Assembly: GCA_023703615.1 (NCBI GenBank)
Contig: CP097971.1
Location: 918,315 to 982,314 of the forward strand
Length of the DNA stretch: 64,000 bases
Direction: 5' to 3'
From: SAR86 cluster bacterium
GTDB taxonomy: Bacteria > Pseudomonadota > Gammaproteobacteria > Magnimaribacterales > D2472
In this document: positions 57,941-64,000 of the stretch, one piece after another
Position numbering within the stretch: the stretch's first letter is position 1
How the letters are laid out: each line of letters starts with the position of its first letter
The notes under the pieces: generated by a model
Database searches by the model: none
What the model was told of the DNA's origin: nothing
Seen by the model: only the letters and a program-made list of their open reading frames with translations
Made by a program: the position numbers and the translations under genes

Positions 57941-59107
57941 TTAATCTTTATTAAATACAGTATTCTTAAGATTCCATTTGTTATCTTTCTTTTCCCAAAG
58001 ATGATCACTCCTCCATGAATCTATAACATCATTAAACTGCTGTTCTGTTATTCCGGCATATTCTAAAAATATCTCATAATATTTTTTAGGGAATTCGCCA
58101 TCATATTTTTTAACTAAAGCAACGCCCTCTTCCCTACTTAAATAACCATCCCTGATTTCATGAGCAGCATCAGAGGTGCACCTCCCATGACCGAACTTAA
58201 TGTAGGCAAGATAAAAATGAAAGCCATCCAATTGGTCATCCAGGCTGGCGTATTTTGTAAAAGTGCCTTCGCTTCTTTCAGGGTTTAAATTAAAGCCTGT
58301 ATGTTCTAATGAGTAATAAAAATTTTCTTGAGGGACCCACTTATGATAGTAGCTAAAAAAATGTTGCTCGATGTTAAGTTCTTTTAAACCTTTAAGCTCA
58401 TCATTAGATAAAGAATATCTTTCAAGATCTTTTGACTTAATACCGTACTTCGCAAAAAATTCTGGAAAAATTCCTGAGAATCTATGATTAACAAAGTCTT
58501 TGTAACCAAGGCTTGGCCTATCTGACATATCCATTGAGCCACCATACTCAACCTCGCCGTCCTCTCCATAAAATACTAATGGAATTTTATATTGAATGGC
58601 AACTCTGAAAGGTGCTGAATACTGACCAAAAATAAATGGCTGGAATGGATCTCCCATTTCCAAAAATGCTGCTTTGGTCATCAATCTGTGAACAGCTCCA
58701 TTTGGCGTCACCAAAATATTATCAAAACCAGAATCTATAAAAGATGTTAGGTTTTCTCTTCCAATTTCTGTATAAATATGTGGGGCCCAGGTTACAGTTA
58801 AAGGTGTCATGCCATATTGATCTTTAAGCATGTGTGCAACATAATTACTATCCTTACCTCCACTGCCTGGAACTACCACATCATGAGAGCCATCACAACT
58901 TCTGTGTTTATCACATAGGCTTTCTAGCTCTTTCTTTCTTTTATCCCAGTTAATACCAGTATTTTTATGGTCAGCAAACTGGCATGCAGAGCAAACACCG
59001 TCATCATTAAATGATATTCTAGGTCTTTGATTAGAAATTACACACCTTGTACAGTACTCGACTTTTTCTGGTAAATTATAAAGCTCTTTAGGGTTTCTAT
59101 TTTTCAT
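57941..59107 (-). CDS. N-acetyl-sugar amidotransferase (PP-loop ATPase; WbpG/PseA-like)
   Basis: 'YCTRCVISNQRPRISFNDDGVCSACQF' Zn-ribbon and 'VPGSGGKDS' PP-loop. Confidence 0.85.
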   Translation of the reverse strand: MKNRNPKELYNLPEKVEYCTRCVISNQRPRISFNDDGVCSACQFADHKNTGINWDKRKKELESLCDKHRSCDGSHDVVVPGSGGKDSNYVAHMLKDQYGMTPLTVTWAPHIYTEIGRENLTSFIDSGFDNILVTPNGAVHRLMTKAAFLEMGDPFQPFIFGQYSAPFRVAIQYKIPLVFYGEDGEVEYGGSMDMSDRPSLGYKDFVNHRFSGIFPEFFAKYGIKSKDLERYSLSNDELKGLKELNIEQHFFSYYHKWVPQENFYYSLEHTGFNLNPERSEGTFTKYASLDDQLDGFHFYLAYIKFGHGRCTSDAAHEIRDGYLSREEGVALVKKYDGEFPKKYYEIFLEYAGITEQQFNDVIDSWRSDHLWEKKDNKWNLKNTVFNKD

Positions 59108-59116
59108 TTTGGCACC

Positions 59117-60532
59117 TTAATAATATTCTTTTATTTTTTTGGTTATCTCGTTGATCCTTAAATTATTATTAAATGTTGGAAAGGATATGCCTCTTGAAGA
59201 AATATCTTTTGTAATAGGGCATGGATTTTTAGCAAACTGTTTATAGGGAGGCATATCAGACAAAGGATAAAAAAATCTTCTAACATCTATTTTAATTGCT
59301 TGCATTTTTTCATATAGTCGCTCCCTGTTTTCTGAAGAATCAGTTAGCGCACATGCTAGCCAAACTACTCTAGTTCTTCCAGGAATATTCTCTTGAAATG
59401 AAAGGTTCATATCAACATTGCTAAATAGTTCTCTATACTTTTCTTCATGATCTGCTCTAATTTTTAGCATATAATCTATTCTTTCAAGTTGAGCTACACC
59501 TATTGCAGCTTGTGTATTTGTTAATCTAAAATTAAAGCCGGGATGTTCATGCCAATATTTTTTCTCTTTTGACATGCCATGATTTTTCAAAATATTCATC
59601 TTTTCTAAAATTTCTTTAGAGTTAGTTGTGCACATCCCACCCTCACCAGTAGTCATTATTTTGTTAGCAAAAAATGAAAAACAGCCAATAGTACCAATGC
59701 TACCAACAGGTACATTATTAAAACTTGCTCCATGTGCCTCAGCACAATCTTCTATAATTGGAATATTATATCGCTTACCTATTTCACATATTTTATCCAT
59801 CGAAGCAGGTTGACCATATATATGAACAGGAATTATAGCGGATGTTTTTTTTGTTATAGCCTTTTCAATTTCATTAGGTGAAATACACCAACTATTTTCT
59901 TCAATATCCACTATTACAGGAGTTGCTCCAACATGTATTACTGCATTTATGGTAGCTGCAAATGTTAGGTCTGGGATTATAACTTCTGAACCTGCACCGA
60001 CTCCAATTGATTTGAGGGCTAGCTCCAATGCAATTGTGCCATTACATACAGAGGTGCTGTAATCAGTATTACAATATTTTGCAAAATTATTCTCAAGCCT
60101 ATTAATATATTCACCGGTACTCGAAATCCAGGTACTTAGGAAGGCATCGGTTAGATATTTTAATTCATTACCATAAAGATCAGGTGTGGCAACTGGTGTC
60201 ATTGGTATGTGATTATAAGAAGCAAAATCAACTACATGTTGGCTCTGATCGACAATAGGAATAATTTTTATTTCATCACTCAGCCTGCTCAAAACTTTAT
60301 TTGCATCATCATCAGTGGTGGCAAAAGTATAATTTTTATTAATAACATTTTTAATAGGAGAGGATAAATCATGTCCATTGAGCAATGATCTTCTTAAGTC
60401 ACCATCTGTTATAACACCTATGAGAATATTTTGATCATCAACAACAAAGCATGTTCCGTGCCCATTCTTATCTATCTTATGAAATACATCTCTTATAAGA
60501 ATATCTGATTTACAAACCAAGTCTTGTATCAC
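59117..60532 (-). CDS. CBS-pair + DegT/DnrJ/EryC1-type NDP-sugar aminotransferase fusion
   Basis: The first ~110 aa form a CBS pair ('IGVITDGDLRRSLLNG'). The remainder reads 'GNELKYLTDAFLSTWISSTGEYINRLENNFAKY...CNGTIALELAL...FFANKIMTTGEGG'. Confidence 0.85.
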   Translation of the reverse strand: MIQDLVCKSDILIRDVFHKIDKNGHGTCFVVDDQNILIGVITDGDLRRSLLNGHDLSSPIKNVINKNYTFATTDDDANKVLSRLSDEIKIIPIVDQSQHVVDFASYNHIPMTPVATPDLYGNELKYLTDAFLSTWISSTGEYINRLENNFAKYCNTDYSTSVCNGTIALELALKSIGVGAGSEVIIPDLTFAATINAVIHVGATPVIVDIEENSWCISPNEIEKAITKKTSAIIPVHIYGQPASMDKICEIGKRYNIPIIEDCAEAHGASFNNVPVGSIGTIGCFSFFANKIMTTGEGGMCTTNSKEILEKMNILKNHGMSKEKKYWHEHPGFNFRLTNTQAAIGVAQLERIDYMLKIRADHEEKYRELFSNVDMNLSFQENIPGRTRVVWLACALTDSSENRERLYEKMQAIKIDVRRFFYPLSDMPPYKQFAKNPCPITKDISSRGISFPTFNNNLRINEITKKIKEYY

Positions 60533-61374
60533 AATAACTCCATTAAGATATTGTAAGAATCAGTTAATCCTTCAATATCATTGTTTATTTCTAAGGTAAA
60601 CGTTTTATCTTTTAGGTTAGAAGCTAGTAAGGCATTATGAATTTTACTTCCTTTTTTAAGTCTCTTATTTTCATCACTTACTCCATTATTATCGCTTATA
60701 TGAATATAGTCTGTTAATTGACTTAACAAATTAAATTCCTGATCAAAATCTTTACCTAAGGTGTTGCAACTAACATAAAGATGACCGATGTCTAAAAGCA
60801 AATTAAAATCTAGTTTTGATTTCATTGCCTCAACATCTTCATAACTTGTTAAAAGAAAGCAATTTTGATTACCAAAGTTAGAATAATTATTCATAGACAC
60901 TACATTGTTCTCGATATAAAGCCTAATACCATCTTGTACATCTATATTTTTAAACCTTTCAATAAATCTATTATTAGCTTCTTTTCTATCAAATAAATCT
61001 CTTCCCATAACAGATTTTCCAATTTCACTGGTGCTTATGTCAATCAAAAAACCTGCATGAAAACCATATTCAGTAGCGCCAAATATTTTAGATAATTTGA
61101 TAGATTCATTGATAATATTGATTGTTTTACTATATATTTCGTCTGAATCAGATGCTAGGTTCATAACAAAGTGTTCTTCTGGAGGTGGAAAATAATTATG
61201 ACACCTATAATTTAAATTAAACTTTTCTTTGAGATCATGTAAGTGTTTTATATATCTTGAATCCCTTTCAGTTCCACCGCTGAGCTCAATATTTTTAAAG
61301 CCATTTTTTGCAAGTGTTTCTACACTTTGCCAAATGAATTGGTTTTTGACACATGATGAGGATACATAAATCAT
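60529..61374 (-). CDS. xylose-isomerase-like TIM-barrel (sugar phosphate isomerase/epimerase family) protein
   Basis: 'GFKNIELSGG', 'YGFHAGF', 'YIENN', 'LLLDIGHL' and 'IHISDN', spaced as in AP_endonuc_2 barrels. Confidence 0.6.
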   Translation of the reverse strand: MIYVSSSCVKNQFIWQSVETLAKNGFKNIELSGGTERDSRYIKHLHDLKEKFNLNYRCHNYFPPPEEHFVMNLASDSDEIYSKTINIINESIKLSKIFGATEYGFHAGFLIDISTSEIGKSVMGRDLFDRKEANNRFIERFKNIDVQDGIRLYIENNVVSMNNYSNFGNQNCFLLTSYEDVEAMKSKLDFNLLLDIGHLYVSCNTLGKDFDQEFNLLSQLTDYIHISDNNGVSDENKRLKKGSKIHNALLASNLKDKTFTLEINNDIEGLTDSYNILMELL

Positions 61375-61386
61375 AAAATTAATGCC

Positions 61387-62157
61387 TTACTTAAATTCGT
61401 GAATAAAGGATTCGATATCTTCTATTGAGTTTGCTTCTTTAACCACGCCACTATTTAGTTTAAATTTTGCTCCATCAAAGGGAGGAAAATACATTGCTCT
61501 AATAAATCTGCTAGCTTCCTCATAAGTTGTATCTTTTGTCTTTAATACACCTCCAAAAGGTAAATCACGACTAAAATAGTGTTTAGATTTATCAATTTCT
61601 AATTTTTGTTTAACGCCGCGGTAACCAGATATGTATAATTTTAAAGCATTTGGTAACATTTTGATAGCCAAGCTTACAAGTCGATGGTAAAGAGAATAGG
61701 CTGTGTCTGAAGGAAATATCTCAGTGGTTTCTTGCATAATGATATTTCCGTTATCAACCTCTTTAACCATTTCATGAATTGATATGCCTGATAACTTCTC
61801 ATTATTAATTATTGCCCAAGGAGAAGAAAAGGTTCCTTTATAATGTGGCAATAGAGATGGATGAATATTTAAACATCCTAATTTTGCTAAAGAAAGTATA
61901 TGTTCCTTAATGATGTATCTGTAGTAACAAGAGAGGATAATATGTGGGCTAAACTTAAATACTTCATTCTCAAAATTATTAATATTTTTATCTATACACT
62001 TTATATTTAACTTTGAGCACTCCTGAATAATTTTTTTGCTGTCTGAATTAGCATGAGTGAAAACTAAAACTGAATCCTTATCAACAAAACTTTCAGATAA
62101 TAATAAAAGTAAAGCCTCATGACCAGCCCTATGATTTGCACATAATACAATTCTCAT
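61387..62157 (-). CDS. formyltransferase-family protein, probable NDP-amino-sugar N-formyltransferase
   Basis: 'LNIHPSLLPHYKGTFSSPWAIINNE' (HPSLLPxxxG motif). 256 aa, with no Fmt C-terminal tRNA-binding domain. Confidence 0.8.
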   Translation of the reverse strand: MRIVLCANHRAGHEALLLLLSESFVDKDSVLVFTHANSDSKKIIQECSKLNIKCIDKNINNFENEVFKFSPHIILSCYYRYIIKEHILSLAKLGCLNIHPSLLPHYKGTFSSPWAIINNEKLSGISIHEMVKEVDNGNIIMQETTEIFPSDTAYSLYHRLVSLAIKMLPNALKLYISGYRGVKQKLEIDKSKHYFSRDLPFGGVLKTKDTTYEEASRFIRAMYFPPFDGAKFKLNSGVVKEANSIEDIESFIHEFK

Positions 62158-63206
62158 TCAATAATTAAATCATCAATTGAGTAATCCCTAGTTGCTGTTA
62201 AGCCAAATAAATCATTGAGATATATTGCTGGAATACCTTCTCCACCTGATCTTTTACAGCCAAGATTTTTATCGTTTAATATGTCCCCTTTTTTTATAGG
62301 CTGTAAAGCTACGATAGATTTCTGCAATGAGGCTCTTGTTCTTATTTCTGATATGGTTGGCATTTTTAATGAGGACCCCATAATCACTTCTGCAGATCTA
62401 ATAGATTTTACAAATTTGATAAGTTCTTCTGGGTCAAGGGATGCAGAGTGATCTGGTCCTGGCAAGTTTTTGTCAAGAGTAAAATGCTTTTCAATCATTA
62501 CTGATCCTATTCCAACGGATAGTTGTGAAGCCTGTATACCAATAGAATGATCAGAAAAACCTACCAAACAATCAAAATTATCTTTAAAAGTATTTATAAC
62601 ATTAAGATTTACTTCAGAATCATCAAGTGGATAATTTGAGGTGCATTGAAGCAATACAATATCTTTGTTTATATGCTTTAATTCATTAAGTAACAAACTT
62701 ATCTCAGACATATGGGTCATACCTGTAGATATAATTAATGGTTTATTTTGCATTGCTATCGTTTTGATGAATTCAATATTTGTAGTATCTGTGGAGGCTA
62801 TTTTATATGCAGCAAGATCAAGTTTTATTAATTCTTTAAAACTATCATAATCAAAAGGAGTAGTTAGAAATATTAATCCAGCTTCTTCGGATTGTTTTTT
62901 CAATTTCTCAGCTGATTCAATGTTTAATTCTAATTCTTTTAACATCTGATATTGTGTTTTATTTGATTTAAGAGCAGTTTTCTGATAATCAGCCATATCT
63001 ACATCTTTTAGAATTAGAGAATCAGCTTTGAAACTTTGAAACTTTATTGCATCAGAACCTGACTCTGCTGCAACATCAATCATCTTATAAGCCATATCCA
63101 TATCACCACAGTGATTAACACCAGCTTCAGCGATTATAAATACATTACTATCTTCACTGACTGTTTTGTTGCCAATTTGAAAAGATTTATTAAAGTGTTT
63201 TTTCAT
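62154..63206 (-). CDS. neuB: nonulosonic acid synthase, NeuB family (copy 2) with SAF domain
   Basis: 'IAEAGVNHCGDMDMAYKMIDVAAESGSDAIKFQSF', 'FSDHS' and SAF 'LQPIKKGDILNDKNLGCKRSG'. Confidence 0.9.
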   Translation of the reverse strand: MKKHFNKSFQIGNKTVSEDSNVFIIAEAGVNHCGDMDMAYKMIDVAAESGSDAIKFQSFKADSLILKDVDMADYQKTALKSNKTQYQMLKELELNIESAEKLKKQSEEAGLIFLTTPFDYDSFKELIKLDLAAYKIASTDTTNIEFIKTIAMQNKPLIISTGMTHMSEISLLLNELKHINKDIVLLQCTSNYPLDDSEVNLNVINTFKDNFDCLVGFSDHSIGIQASQLSVGIGSVMIEKHFTLDKNLPGPDHSASLDPEELIKFVKSIRSAEVIMGSSLKMPTISEIRTRASLQKSIVALQPIKKGDILNDKNLGCKRSGGEGIPAIYLNDLFGLTATRDYSIDDLIIE

Positions 63207-64000
63207 TATTTTACTTGTTGAAGGGTATTGTTTTTAAGTTCAAATATCTCATCACAGTATTTCTCAAGGAGAATTTTATCATGAGACACAATTAGAATAG
63301 ATTTATTATGAGATAAGTTTTTTAGATTTGAAAGCATTATATTTGCAGTATGTTTATCTAGAGAACTAGTTGGTTCATCAAAAAGTAAAAAATCTTTATC
63401 ATGATATATTGCCCTTGCAACACAAACACGCTGTCTTTGTCCTCCTGATAATTGTTTACCGCCAACACCTACAATAGTTTTTAAATTTTTTTTGGATTTA
63501 TGAGTAAAATCAAATCCTGATAATTCTAATGCTTTTTTTACCTTATTCTCATCATAAATATCGCTTAATGCCACATTCTTACTTAATGTATCATCGATCA
63601 TAAATGATTCTTGAGGACATATATAAACTCTGTCATTTGAAAAAGTGTAATTATTTTTTTCTTTGTCTAATAAAAGAACTTCTCCATGAATTGGATTAAT
63701 GAGACCAGATAATATATTTATTAGTGTTGATTTCCCTGAACCAGATTCACCAAATATTCCAGTTAATTTACCTATCTTAATATCTAGATTTATGTCCAAA
63801 AGTACTTTTTCATCACTGTTGGCGTACGCAGAGGAAACATTTTTTAAAGAGATAGAGTTACATCTTCCGTCATCCTCACTAAGCATAGTATTATTATTTG
63901 ACTTATTATTTGATAGGGGGTAATTCTGATTAAATTCATCATAAAGGACATTAATTGAATTTGAACAATATCTAATTTTATTTAATCCAAGAACAATCTG
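63206..64000 (-). CDS. ABC exporter, ATP-binding C-terminal domain (5' part beyond window; probably fused TMD-NBD)
   Basis: Walker A 'GESGSGKST', signature 'LSGGQRQR' and Walker B 'LLFDEPTS'. The minus-strand frame stays open from 63886 to the window end. Confidence 0.85.
   Translation of the reverse strand, partial: QIVLGLNKIRYCSNSINVLYDEFNQNYPLSNNKSNNNTMLSEDDGRCNSISLKNVSSAYANSDEKVLLDINLDIKIGKLTGIFGESGSGKSTLINILSGLINPIHGEVLLLDKEKNNYTFSNDRVYICPQESFMIDDTLSKNVALSDIYDENKVKKALELSGFDFTHKSKKNLKTIVGVGGKQLSGGQRQRVCVARAIYHDKDFLLFDEPTSSLDKHTANIMLSNLKNLSHNKSILIVSHDKILLEKYCDEIFELKNNTLQQVK

Noticed and set aside
1-64000. Search by eye for prophage, integrase, transposase or IS elements, rRNA, toxin-antitoxin pairs or known multi-gene defence systems.
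   Set aside because: None recognised. The only mobility signature is the guaA-end direct repeat, and the only defence-like gene is the single nuclease fusion.

Overview
This is an AT-rich (roughly 30% GC by eye), very gene-dense bacterial chromosome segment. Most intergenic gaps are under 20 nt, with many ATGA/TAATG start-stop overlaps, and most genes lie on the minus strand. That pattern suggests a streamlined free-living, probably marine, proteobacterium, but this is inference only. I found no rRNA, CRISPR array, integrase or transposase.

Layout:
- 1-5.2 kb: a translationally coupled four-gene operon (P-loop kinase-like, small cytidylyltransferase, cupin), followed by acyl-CoA and redox housekeeping genes.
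- 5.2-7.9 kb: a 2.6-kb accessory islet. It is bracketed by a 16-bp direct repeat that duplicates the last codons of guaA. Its cargo includes an McrB-N-like + NucS-like nuclease fusion and a secreted YHYH protein.
- 7.9-24.9 kb: core metabolism (guaA, guaB, PCD, fumC, class II aldolase, ALDH, fhs, photolyase, IMPase, PQQ sugar dehydrogenase), a WecA-type transferase with a large loop insertion, a TerB-like protein and a type-B carboxylesterase.
- 24.99 kb: tRNA-Pro(GGG). It is followed by a secreted protein made almost entirely of (PT)n and (ST)n, encoded by hexanucleotide tandem repeats and closed by a strong hairpin terminator.
- 25.8-33.8 kb: one co-directional string, infC-rpmI-rplT-pheS-pheT-ihfA-(KpsD/Wza-like exporter)-(YjbH/GfcD-like barrel). 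PheS and PheT both lack their tRNA-binding appendages. The yjbH-like gene is out of frame with its ATG at a T10 tract.
- 33.9-36.6 kb: pdxH, gmd, fcl.
- 36.6-64 kb (runs off the window): a roughly 27-kb surface-glycan island. It has two NeuB-family nonulosonic-acid synthases, NeuC-like and NeuA-like genes, an acetamidino-forming trio (PP-loop amidotransferase + HisH/HisF paralogues), a sugar N-formyltransferase and two CBS-domain enzyme fusions. It also carries four methyltransferases, a sulfotransferase-like protein, GT2/GT4 transferases, two large GT-B proteins with an HP motif, a Wzy-like polymerase and a fused ABC exporter.

All functional calls rest on motifs I can read in the translations. 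No database search was possible.
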